Shown here one piece after another: positions 24,545 to 52,900 of a DNA stretch of 62,351 bases. The notes beneath the pieces are model-generated. The model searched no databases. It was not told the DNA's origin and saw only the letters and a program-made list of their open reading frames with translations. The stretch's first letter is position 1. Every line of letters begins with the position of its first letter. Source of the stretch: Phoronis australis (lineage: Eukaryota > Animalia > Phoronida). A program made the position numbers and the translations under genes. The stretch lies in NCBI GenBank assembly GCA_002633005.1, contig NMRA01001057.1, positions 1 to 62,351 on the forward strand, given 5' to 3'.

Positions 24545-25689
24545 ATATAGGCACAGCTAGTTGTTGAGGAATCCGCTAACCACTCTTGGTCTTACACTTC
24601 TCCACTGACTTTCCTGGGTTGAAAGATCCATTTTAAGCCATGTCGGTCCTGTTTTTTGAATGATTTGATTGTTTGATTGTTCAAATGGACCGTCCCAATG
24701 GTAGTAATCTGAAGGATCTTTGTGGATCCAGTAAGATGTGTGTGATTGATAAGTTTTCAAAAGCATATTTTGACTTAACTTTCAGACTTTGACATAATGT
24801 AGAGCACTCTGGTGACTCAATGACAGAATCCTCATGTAATGGCTGATCAGAACTGAGTTTAGACTTGCGTCTGATTTTTGAGGTACTCCTGTTTGTTATC
24901 TGGAGCTATACTGAAATGAAAGTATTTAGTTTGGGGATTTTTTCGAATCCTCTTCAAACTATTGCTTTGTTTTCTTTTCTGATGACCACTGTTTTATGTT
25001 CATTTCATTTTAACCTAGTTAAGACATCGGAAACATGAATGACCAGAAAAGTGACTATTGGCCAAAACACAATATTTCTGTCAGTGTCATTCAGATGATT
25101 ACTGGCATGAGAACATCAATCCGGTTTTAATGGTTTATCCTGTCTGGTGCTATTGATTTTTCCAGCTTCGCTTGTTGGGCTTTTATTGAAGTTTATCAGG
25201 TCAGTGATCAATGAGGCTTGTACTGTATAGATGTCTACCTTAAATCAGATCTTAGAAATACTCTAAATCAATAGCGAAATCTGATTACGATAGATTATTA
25301 AGCAATGCGCATAGCAATCTGTATCATGGTGATTAGTGCAGGACTTTCTTTTAAGCGGTATTTAATTAGTCGGTAATATGTTCAGCAAAAAGAAATTTGT
25401 TTGTGAGGTGAGTATTAATACGTAACCCTTATGATTATGTGCTACAGGACTGATAGAAGGTTTACATTGGCATACATTGGTTTTATGGCTAAGTTTTTTA
25501 TCATCAGATATTTAACTAATGAAAAACTGTTGGGAATAATGGGAGATGTCAAGTCATTTGTTCTGTTAAGGAAATTCTAATTTAACTGCTCTGAATATAC
25601 CGACATGCAATCATGTATCAATTCAAAATCATGCTCTGTTGAAGACTATCTTCTATATATATTTCCTTGTTGAATTCTTCATACACTTG

Positions 25690-26392
25690 CCACCGCCTCC
25701 ACCACCATCACCGCTACCATCACCATCAATCTCACATCCACCATGACCATCACTGTCACCACCACCACCATCACCACCACCACCATCATCACCACCACCA
25801 CCATCACCACCACCACCATCATCACCACCACCACCATCATCACCACCACCACCATCATCACCACCATCACCACCATCACACCATCATCACCATCATTCTC
25901 ACATCCACCATGACTATGACTACCACCACCACCATCAATATCACCACTATCATCACTATCATTCTCACCCAGCATCACCACCACCACCATCACCATCACC
26001 ACCATCATCACTATCATTTTCACATGACCACCACCACCAGCTCAACCACCATTGTAATCCTCACAACCAGCATGACTACTAGGACAATGTCCACCATCAT
26101 CCACAAACTCTACCACTTCTACCATCATTACCACTGATAGTAACTACCATTATTACTGTGGTGACCACAACTATTATTGTGACCACTGTCACCAATACCA
26201 CCACCAACACCAGCATCACCACTAACACAACCATGACTGCCACCACCACCGCCACGACCACCACTATCACTGCCATGACAATCACCATTATAATCACTGG
26301 CATTACCATAACCACTGCCACCACGACCACCACCACCACCACCACCACCACCACCAACCCTTCACCACCAGCCCCGCTGCCACTGTCACCAT
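25690..26392. repeat. Degenerate (CAC/CAT)n trinucleotide repeat tract
   Basis: About 700 bp of caccaccat-type repeats ending about 120 nt before the acceptor at 26510. Confidence 0.95.
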
Positions 26393-26537
26393 TATATGTT
26401 CTTGTTGATAGATGGTTCCATGTAAATCAGGATAATTTTTACTGTTTTGTTTTAACAGTCATTTTCGGTGTTGTCTATTCTTACCACTGCATTATGCTGT
26501 CATTTTTCAGGGAACTGCAACATTCTGCGACGACAAG

Positions 26538-42149
<15,612 letters not shown>

Positions 42150-42280
42150 TTTTACAAAGGCCTCTCGTGAATTCTATAGATGGACTGGTGTTCGTCGTTG
42201 ATAAAGTGTGCTGAGTAATGGCGTTTTGTTGAAGTCCATTTGAAATGGTGCTGCTATGGAAGACTCGTTTGAAACCACAC

Positions 42281-42302
42281 TGTGTGTGTGTGTGTGTGTG
42301 TG
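42281..42302. repeat. (TG)11 microsatellite in the RCBTB 3' UTR region
   Basis: Direct observation. Confidence 0.95.
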
Positions 42303-42744
42303 TATGTGAGATAGCGTTTCGCCAAAATCTCAGATAATTGCATGTGCCAATGTTGTCTTCATGAAGGAGATATTTGAATTGCAAGAATAAGCTGTGTAAG
42401 ACATTCCTGGATTAGAATGTTATTTTGCGACCCCTGGCAAAGATTTGAAAAAGTGCTGTTTGTGATCGATGTCTCTAGGTATCTGTGGATTAAGGACTCA
42501 ATACGTATGTCTGTAGCAACTGCTGTTATATTTTAGAAAATGGGTTGCATTTAATGATTTGAAGTGGTCTGCTTACAAATGCATAAGAGGTCGAATCAGA
42601 TTTCGGTGGGCAGGCATACCCTGGAATGAGTTCAAACATCAATATTTTCCCATAGCCTGTGTGCGGTAAAACACCAATGACCCTCTTTAATCTCGGGCAT
42701 TTTTATCAGTCGCTAGACTTGACGCTATATTTAGAACTTCTATG

Positions 42745-42750
42745 AATAAA
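42745..42750 (+). other. Candidate polyadenylation signal of RCBTB
   Basis: First AATAAA seen after the stop codon (about 600 nt downstream), followed by GT-rich sequence. Confidence 0.35.
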
Positions 42751-44240
42751 TCGAGTGGGTCGTTAGAGTGTTTGTGCTTCAAAACATGACTTCACGTGTG
42801 GCACTGTCTTCGGCTTTAGATAATTTACTAGGGGGCACTGTCTTCGGCTTTAGATAAGTTACTAGGGACATCTCTTCATTTGTACAGCCAATCGCAGCTT
42901 GCCTCAACATTTCATATTTCATCAGTTACTCCTTCACCATTTCATTTCTGTTTATCACACCTGTCCTATAAAACAAAAAGGACAAGGCTGAAAGTTGGAA
43001 GCAAATTAAAATTACCTGCAAATTACCTGTCATAGACAGGGTCATAGACAATGTGTAGTGGCACTTATCGTCTCTCTACACCTCCATGCTGACAGCAGGA
43101 GAGTGGTTTTCTCAAAATTGACCAATCAAAAATTTGCACCATGTATTGTCCTGTTGTTTGCAATTAGAGGCTCTTCTGGGTTTACCATTGACAATGGCTC
43201 TGGCTAAACCAAGATATGGATAATACACTTCTTCATTACCTCGTTTGCATTTCCTGTTTATCCCCAGTGCATTGCATAAAGCTGCATTTTGCCTTGCATA
43301 GCTGGATGAAAATCAAAAATTGAATTTGGCCTTTTACTCTTACAAACTCGGTCTCGTAATATTCTTTATTGTTGTGGGCTATTATTTGTGTCACGGACAA
43401 GAACATTGAAACCATAAGCGATTCAAGAGTACATTTAATTTTAGACTTCATTATAATTGGCCATCTCTAGACGAGGTAAATGGCGCATAACGCAATGCCT
43501 GTGATTTGAGTTACCCTCTCATTTAGCAGCAATTCTAGATTGAATGGTAGTGGTAATGTTTTCAACTCCTTAGCGCTTTGGTTGAAAAATTCAACAGTAT
43601 GACCGACGGCTATACAGTGAGGAAATGCCCCTTTACTTTACAATGGATATCTGGTTCTAAATGGTTATCTTGAGGTCTTTAAGTGTAACAGTGCTGGGGA
43701 TAGTCAGTAGGGTAACAAATATATGTGTGCAGTACTGCTATGTATACAATCAATCTGCTTGTGTCCATCCTTAAGATGGGTTGCAGAGTATTTTGTTTTT
43801 ATGCTTTTCATTCTGTAGTTGAGGTCAGTCCATATTTTTGTCACAGAAATGTTTTGTTTTCACAAGTGAAAAAACCGTATAAAAAATGTTGAGTCTTGCA
43901 CATATTTTAAGGTTGCTGGATGGGTAGCCATCTTTATCTTGATTTCGCCTAACACAATACTTAACTTCATCAAAAATCTATTGAGAATTATTCTTTGAAA
44001 GTGTTTCAACAGATTCATATGAAACTGAGGCTTCACGCACTGATCTTCAAAACTCTGTTTGGAATTGATCAAAACAATGGACATGAATTTCATGAAAAAA
44101 ATAATTCATAAAATGAAAAAGAACTTACATTATCGTTAGGATTTCATCTTGAATATTTGTCAAAACTTGGTCATGTTGTTTATACCAAGCTTAAAAGTAT
44201 TTATTCCATTTTTGTATAGTCGCTTACATACAATTAACAA

Positions 44241-45694
44241 TTTTTATGCACCCACATATTGGACGCTTTTTGCCGTCATCTCCGCCGTCCGTCCTGTCTC
44301 CGGCGTCCGCTGCTCTATCTCCAAAACGCCTTGACGTATGTTCATGAAATTTTGCAATGTTCCTTTTGTGGATGGGACGGCATGAGCGAACTCACGGACG
44401 GATCCGACTACCAGTGTGCCCCCTAGTGGCAATTTTAGTTTTTAGATCTTCAAAAGTCCTGAACGGATTTTCATAAAAGTTGGTATATGGGCACCTATTA
44501 GTGACATGATGCTATCCTCCCGTTTTTGGATGGATTCGACGTAGTTTGCGCCACCTAGTGGCCATTTTTGCTGTTTTCGAGTCTGTTTTTTTGCGTCCAT
44601 CCCTCTATCAACCAAACTGCTCAAAGTATGATTATGAAAACTGGCATGTATGTTCTTACTATGAAGTGGACGGCTGACGATGATTTTCCAATGTCTTCGA
44701 CTACTGTGGCGCCTCCTAGTGGCAGCTTTGTTTTTTGTGCCTATGGCTGTATCTCCTAAGTTGTTTGCAGGATCTTTACTAAATTTAGTAAGTGTATTTA
44801 TATGATGTTAACAACGGAGGACGACGACTTTCGGACAGAACTGACTACTGGTGTGCCACCTAGTGGCAATTTTATTTTTTTACGTTTACCTTTGTATGTT
44901 CAAAGGTCCTCAACGTATTTTCATAAAATTTGGCATACAGACATCTGTTAATGAAATGACGCTATCTCTTCATTTTTAGATGGATTCGACCTACTTTGTG
45001 CCACCTAGTGGCCATTTTTACTGTTTTCCAGTATATTTTTTGGCGTTCACTCTCTATCAACGAAACCGCTTTCAGGATAATTCTGAAAATTGGCATGTAT
45101 GTTTTTATTATGAAGTAGACGGCTGACGATGATTTTCCGATGACTTCGACTACTGTAGCACCTCCTAGTGGCAGTTTTGTTTTTTGCGCTCGTGACTATA
45201 TCTCCTAAACCGTTTGCAGGATCTTAGCAAGTGTATTTATATGATGTTGACAACGGACGACGACGACTTTCGGACGGATCTGACTACTGGTGTGCCCCCT
45301 ATTGGCAATTTTAGTTTGTTATGTCGACTGACTACTGTGGAACCTTGTGGTAATTTTGTTTTGTTTTGCGCCCATAGCTGTATCTCCTAAACTCACTGCA
45401 GGATCTTTATTAAATTTAGTAAGTGTATTTATATGAAGATAACAACAGACGCCGACTTTCAGGCGGATCCAACGGGGCGCTGTTCTCACAAGTGGCACTT
45501 TCATTTTATTCTGTTTTCCTTTGTTTCTCTAAAGTTTCTTGACAGATTTCCATGACGTGTTCCCGTTTTTGGATGGATTGTACGTTTTTGCGCCATCTAG
45601 TTGCCATTTTTATGATACAAATAACTAACGCTAAAAGCACATCATTTGCGATGCATTCGTGGGCGCATTTCAACGCTCCGCGTTGCTCTTGTTT
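44241..45694 (+). mobile_element. Helentron-associated (HINE/DINE-1-like) non-autonomous element with internal tandem repeats
   Basis: Starts in a T run; subterminal IR ATGCACCCAC (44246) / GTGGGCGCAT (45659); ccgtccgtcc microsatellite-like 5' part; about 145-bp subunits arranged as about 445-bp trimers; 3' hairpin CAACGC-TCC-GCGTTG then CTCTTGTTT. Confidence 0.75.
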
Positions 45695-47072
45695 AAAAAT
45701 ATGTCCTTTTTGTTTAGTTGCATACACACAATTAAAAAGTCGAGGGCACACAATCACACACACAGGCACACCCATACATGTATGGGAGAGCTTTTCACTT
45801 GAAGTTCACTACATTCACCAGTAAGCCGTATCAACAAAGTAGTTGATAAACGAAAAATGACCAGCCAGGGTTTATACCAAGGTTTTGCTATCCCTGTACC
45901 TTACTTTTCGCCAGTCTTTACTGAAAATACCGTGTCATATGACCCAATTAATGCCAGATAAAAAGTCAAACATCAATTTGTGCTAGCTCTCTACTTTCAG
46001 AAAATACATACTTTTACAGACTTAAAATCTAGTTATGCACACGTTTGGCAAAATACATGATTCTTAACACCGTTATTGGGAACCCTTTGGACAAATATGT
46101 GCGATACTTGCATGGAACAGGGTAATCGGAAGATTCCGCCGACGAAGATATGGTTGATAGAGTTCAGATGAAAGCGTTTCAAGTGATATTCTGTTTTCCT
46201 ATTCGGAAAATTATGAATAACAAGGGCAAGCTACTCATCTTCACTTTCTGTTTAAAAAAACGCATGGCGTTTGGCACCTTTTGTCCAAACTACTGAACAT
46301 CAAGGAATTTGTCGAATGAATGGCGAAGTTGAAAGTTTTACCTCCTTCAAAATTAATGTTTGAATAACTAAAAACGTGAAATAAGAAAGCTCACCTGATG
46401 CAAAATGAACGCTGTGCTCTTTGTTCACCATTCGCCAATAATTGAATTGTTTTGATTACTATGCATCTCTTGTTTAATATGAGAAGGTAGACTTAAAATT
46501 GCATATTTAACTTAGTCGAATGCAGAGAAAAACTGTAAGTGTTTCCCGGCACCTACTTTTCGAACGCATGGTCGTCTACGATGAGTTAGCGACGACCATT
46601 TTCGGAGTTAAAACGCCAATCAACTGAAGTACAAGATTATGCGATACTTTTTGTGGGATATTTCAAAGTAATACTGTCGACAGTCAGTCCATAGGTCTAT
46701 GGTGCTGTACACTACATTCGCAAACAATTGGTTACACACAACCAAATATGAAACTTGTGGTTTCCAAACAGCGCTACGTGTTGCTTCAAACAAAGAAATC
46801 AAATGAATAACTATCGCCCATTTTTCGTAAATATCACCCCTCTTAATTTTACACAATTTATAATGCATCCTGTGAAATTTTGGATCATAATACTATTGAG
46901 AACTTAACGAGAGTGCGGGTGAAATCAGTTTGATATTTCTACAAAACGCTTTAAATTAGTTGCGTAGACCTATTACTGAAACAAATGACAATGGGACGCG
47001 TCAAGAATGCAGGGGTATCAATGATGAGATTTCACACAATTCATGTTGCATCAGCGAAATTCTGGATCTTAA

Positions 47073-48722
47073 AGTCCTTGTCTCAAAATGCCAATGTGAT
47101 TCCAGTATCCGAAACTACCTACTAAATAAAATCTTATTTTCGATACCCTGTCTTTACATTCTTTTCGCTTTTCGTGCCAAAAGCGATTTTTAACAGTATT
47201 TGACCCTTCTCTGTGAGCATATAATTACCGACTGTCATCGGTTATTTCCGTACCCACGTTTCCGGCTCGTCAGTTCAGGAACTTGTCCTGACGCCCGCCA
47301 TTTTTTCCTTTATAACTAAATGTGCTATCGCTTGCTCGAAAAGTCTTCATTACTTTGTTTTAATATCTCGTGATTCGTTTGCATATGTAGTGTATTTATA
47401 GTTTGTAGTTAGTAGTCGTTGATTTTTTTTGGAATGTTAAGCGCACTTATTATGTTAAAATAGCATTGTTGTTTAGTTCCTTACGTAGGGCGGTCGAAGC
47501 TAATGAGTCGAACCAATTTTTTTCGTTTTGATTTTTTTCGTTTTGAAAAAGTACTTTGTTATCAACGGAAAGGTAGTGTATTCTACTCAGTAAAAATCGA
47601 AAAAGTATCAAAATCGGGGCAAGCAGTGTAAAGTTATTGCAATTTTTGTGGCGAATTTTGGGTCACTTTGTTTGGATCGCGTAGGCCATATTGGAGGACA
47701 GCGGGATAAGTTATGAGTTTAAAACTTTGTGTAAATTGTTTTCGCCAACATTTTCCGGTGAAATTTAGTGAGACATATCTTCACTTACTATTCTGCACGA
47801 TTCAACAGTATTCATCAAATTTCAGCCTCGCAGTTATTACTCATTAAGTGATAAATTTGCTCACAATTTCCGTGGGACTTCGTCTCATTTCTTGCGGCAC
47901 CGACAACATGGCGACTTTTGCTGAACTGGAAGGCATGTTCAACCTGGTACTTTGTAATTTGTGAAGATTTAACGTTGATACATTTTGACAAACGTTGCTA
48001 AAAAAAGGAACGTTGTTCAATTTTCGTGTTTTGGTGCAAAAATGTAAGATATGTTCGAATTATTTTACTGTGAATTTCCCATTCAGGTGATCTAAACAAA
48101 ATAGTTGAAATAATTTTGAAATGGTTTTAATGGCTGTAATTTGATGAACACTGTTGAATCGTGCAGAATAGTAAGTAAAGATATGTCTCACTAAATTTCA
48201 CCGTAAATTGTTGGCGAAAACAATTTACATAAAGTTTTAAACTCATAACTTATCCCGCTGTCCTCCAATATGGCGTACGCGATCCAAACAAAGTGACCCA
48301 AATTTCGCCACAAAAATTGCAATAACTTTACACTGCTTGCCACTATTTTGATACTTTTTCGATTTTTACTGAGTAGAATGCACTACCTTTCCGTTGATAA
48401 CAAAGTACTTTTTCAAAACGAACAAAAATTCAAAACCAAAAAAATGGTTCGACCGCCCTACGTAAGGAACTAAACACCAAATGCTATTTTAACATAATAA
48501 GTACGCGTAACATTCCAAAAAAAATCAACGACCATTAACTACAAACTATAAATACACTACATATGCTAACGAATCACAAGATATTACTAATAAAACAAAG
48601 TAATGAAGACTTTTCGAGCAAGCGATAGCACTTCCAGTTACAAGGAAAATAATGGTGGCGTTCAGGACAAGTAGGCCTATTTTCGGATACTGGAACCGCA
48701 TGGGCATTTTGAGACCAGGACT
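47073..48722. mobile_element. 1.65-kb largely palindromic TTAA-flanked element (Kolobok-like foldback)
   Basis: TTAA|AGTCCTTGTCTCAAAATGCC ... GGCATTTTGAGACCAGGACT|TTAA; inner arms 47280-47827 and 48132-48672 are highly similar reverse complements around a spacer of about 300 bp. Confidence 0.9.
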
Positions 48723-49516
48723 TTAAGCTTTATTCGATTATGGGTTGTGTATTAGTTATGGGGTAAGTACTTCCTGGGTCCTTATAACATCCACTAACCA
48801 TGTAATAAGGGTTAACAACTTGTTAGACCAGGACTTTAATACTTTAAGAACACTATGAGAGTGCCCGTCTACAGTGCTGTAGTGGTAAAATTATTGGTAA
48901 GTAGGCGCCCAAAGTCCACCGTATCACGTTGAGCATTGAACGTAACTTACGTAAGCGCTACGTGTAAATGCTAAAAGGTGGTTGGCTGCGCCTACGTGCG
49001 CCCACGCCCCACTACAACACTGCACGCCTAACTCGACAGAACACTTCAAATGCAAAGACCTATTACTGAAAAGTAATGAAACGTGCCAAGGCTGCAAGGC
49101 ATACAAATGCCACTCACAGATATTATCCGTGCACAAGGATTATTAAGGAGTATAATTCACGACTGAGAATGAAGAAAAGATCGGAATGACTCCTAAAAAT
49201 GAATGCTGCATTATACGGCGAAGTTATCATGTTAGAATCAAACACGAGCGTGTAATCATAAACACCCTATACATCCCCTGAATACTGTTCGTATTCTAGA
49301 TTTTAACAACACTGGATTTATTAGCTTTTCATGAAGTAAATTTTCCGTTATTCGCTCATTTAATGTACATAAATGATGACTCTGAATACAATAACAATAT
49401 ATCATAGTTTGAGCCCTTTCGATGAAAAAATGTCATTATAAATCGCAGTGTGATGTTAATATCTGCGATCCGCATGAATGTGAAGTGACTTATATTTGTA
49501 ACACAACAAAGCTGTC

Positions 49517-49562
49517 TTCTCTCTCTCTCTCTCTCCCTCCCTCCCTCCCTCCCTCCCTCCNN

Positions 49563-49600
<38 letters not shown>

Positions 49601-49606
49601 TCTCTC
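49517..49606. repeat. (CT)n/(CCCT)n microsatellite upstream of the PAN gene
   Basis: Direct observation; contains NN. Confidence 0.95.
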
Positions 49607-49917
49607 ATTGCGCATGGCCAACCCAGCAAGCGCTTTTCGTCAATATACCACACGAAATAATTAACACAGTCCTAATAATTACCACGGCTGCTACAAAACA
49701 ATATTCTAAAATCAATAAATTATTTGCTTTACTATTTTACAGAAAATCCGTGAGAATGTTCTCTGACAGATCAAGGTGATTTTATTTGTTCTTTTAATTT
49801 ATCCCCATCAGACAAGTTTGTTCTTTAGTACTTATCTGTCAATCACGTCACCGTCAACAAAATAAAACGCATTGTTGGCTACGTCGTCACTCAGATTCGT
49901 AACGGCACGAGTGCATC

Positions 49918-52900
49918 ATGGACGTCTGGGGAAACAAATGTCCTGCATGGGCATTACTCGCCATTGGGTCGATAATCTGCGCAGGTGCAGAAAAAACAGC
50001 ATCTGTGACGGAAAGTCTTTTTACGTTGAAGCCTGGTCCCATATCGGGTCAAGGAATAACTGTCTTGGCGAATACCACGAAAGTGTCCTTGAGCCGATGC
50101 GCGTTGGTCTGCAACGCTGTCGAAGAGTGCGACGGTGCTAATTTTCATAAGGGTAACCGTACATGCTTAATGCTGTCTTGGGGAACCAACCAGACTGAAC
50201 CTCAGTCGGAGGATAATGAGTGGATGTTTCTGGCAAAGCAGAGGACAAAGTATCAGGGTAAATGATGTCTGTTGCTTGATTACGTAGACGGACAGAAAGA
50301 CATACAGACGGACAAACTACGTCACTCAGATAGTATAGTGGGCAAATACAAAGCTTGAGAGACATACACATAGACAAGTGGATGGATGGATTTCGGGGAT
50401 ATATATATAATGTATATATATATATATAAATCAAACCACTCATTTATGTATATATATATATGTATATATGTAAAAAATGAGTGGTTGATTTGATAGGTAG
50501 ATAAATGTAGAGGCTTCTGATCACTTAAAATGAACCGGCTAAGATTCGCTTCGAAACCTATTTTAGATAGCGGGATTGTCCGAATTTGGCTCCGTGTGAT
50601 TTTGCTAATCACAGTTGGAATTCATTTTTTAAAGGCATCGACTAAAAAGTTACTACGAGGCAAAAAGCAATAGTATGACATTCGTTCGTGAACAGTTTAA
50701 GATTTTGATCCCGTAGATGTGTGTAAATTATGAGAAGTCTCCAGGAGTAAGAACTATGAAAATCTTTGATACAAACAATTTGGGTTAATGGATGTCATTT
50801 CCTTGTAACGTGACAGTGTAAGTTGAATCCAATAACTGTCATTTCGAGCTTTGATCAATAATTGATGACAAACTGTCAAATGTTCACAGGTAGCAAAGAC
50901 TATCCTACTTCTGTCATTGACGGCACCAGGTGGCGCCCGTTTTGGTGGTTCAAGGCTGGAACACCGTGGCCCAGCATCGTCAGTGACGTATTTCAGGGTA
51001 AGCAGCAGTCGAAATTTGGAAATTAAGTTTTTATATATCCAGAATAAGTACAGTTTGTGCATTTTAAGATCATATATGTATTAAATATTGAATAACGAAG
51101 GAAACTGAATGTCGCGAGGCTTTTCCATTAAAAAGTTTTAAAATAAAGTTGAAAAGCGTGGAAAAAACAAATATTTTCATTTTCTGCTTATTACACCCGA
51201 TCACCTTTTTATAATACACTGTTCAGTCATACTTACGGAGTTGAAACGAAACTCTTAGCGATGCAAAATTTCTAACCTTTTAAGGTTGGACATATGGTGA
51301 AACGAAATACATGCATATACTGGCAGCATTTTTCTGAGCGACTTCTCATAAGCAGCTGTCGGTTGTTTTGTATGGCTATTCCAGAGAGAGTGTCATCCCG
51401 AGAATATGGGAGGACTGTGAGGAAGCTAGAATCTAAAGAAGCCAGTACAGTGAATAACACGTCGTGAAATGAAATATGCAAACATTTGCTTCACTTGCAG
51501 ACGAGTACGGGTCATGTGACCACAGCGCAACATACTGTTTTGGAAGACTTCCCGCCAGTTTGAAAGAAGATCAAAGCGAGTTGTTGGCCGAAGATTCGGC
51601 AGGCACCGTATATAGGTGAGGTGGGGCTAAAATTTCAGCAGGATATCTTACACACATATATTGCAGACATTTTAATGTGGAGGAATTATTTGTCCAAAAA
51701 ATCTTAAAGTCAAACAAACGATTAAACTATGCACTAAGCTACTCCAAACTACAGCCGCTGGCGGGCGATTTGTAACCGAACAGTTTAAAATGCGAACCGA
51801 TAATTAAAACATGCAAAATATACTTTATCGTAATGCCGAGTCACCATGAAACGCAATGCACTAAAATTGTTCGTGAATCTTTGGGGCAGGTGTCACCCAA
51901 CTTAAAATTACACTTCATGCCCAAGAATTCTCAATGATTTTAAGAAATATCGGACCTTGTAGGTTACAAATTTCATTACATATCAATTAACAGGGTTTCG
52001 CGACGTATACGTAACTTCATATTCTGAAAATTTGGCGGAGGCTCATTTATTCTTGGAAAATCTGGCAAAATCAATTCAGCGAGCTCGGCCAACTAACTAG
52101 AAACAAAACAGGACAGAGATGTGGGCACAAAACCTGGACACGTCTTGAGCCTTGCATGCCTTTTATTTTACACGTGTTTTGTACAATTTCAAACAGAAAA
52201 TTGGTGTGCATAAGTTGAGCTCAATAGTAACGTGTAACACTGGTAAAGAGTAGTTTCTTGTTCTTGAATTATAGATGGAAATTCGATTCGTCCAACTCAG
52301 TCGCACACGCTACCTGGCAAGCTTTTCAAGACCGAGTTGCGTGCGACATTCAAGATGGAGATGGATGGATGCCAACAGTTGTTAGTGGTAAGTGACGATA
52401 ATACTGAGTTTAAGCATGCAGTCTTGAGACGGCTATTACAGGCACGTATTGTGAACTATGGATAAGTCAAACTCTGACGATTTATTTATTAATCAACATG
52501 GTGTAGCTTTCCTCTTTTGGACTTCGAATATACCATGTTTTTCATCCCGGTAAACGAGCTTCCATTTTTTACTGTTTCTGTGACAGATTTTCCTCTGGGC
52601 TATGTTGCGTAGACAGCAAGACATCAGTTACCACTTGAAAAACCTTCGCTTATGGAACGAAAACACTGAATTCAATCCCAAAATTCAGCACTCCAACTTC
52701 ACTGACTAATCACTTAAGTGGTCGTCATTTTGCTCAGATAGTGGGCTGATAAGCCTCTAAGCACTCACGAAACACTCGCTTTTCACTCACGTGATTTTGC
52801 GAGAAACTTAGTCTATGGAACGCACTCCAGCTCAATGGGCTAATAGGATTGTGTGCTGCGAACACTCACGGGTCATTTATTCAGTAGTCTTAATGCCCTG

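Noticed and set aside
24685-24730. Intervening RCBTB exon that might fix the frame of the upstream ATG
   Set aside because: The frame needed for a phase-0 exit at the GTAAGA donor contains a TGA.
44370-45604. Regularly spaced conserved motif resembling CRISPR repeats
   Set aside because: The intervening sequences are homologous to each other, so this is a tandem repeat, not unique spacers.
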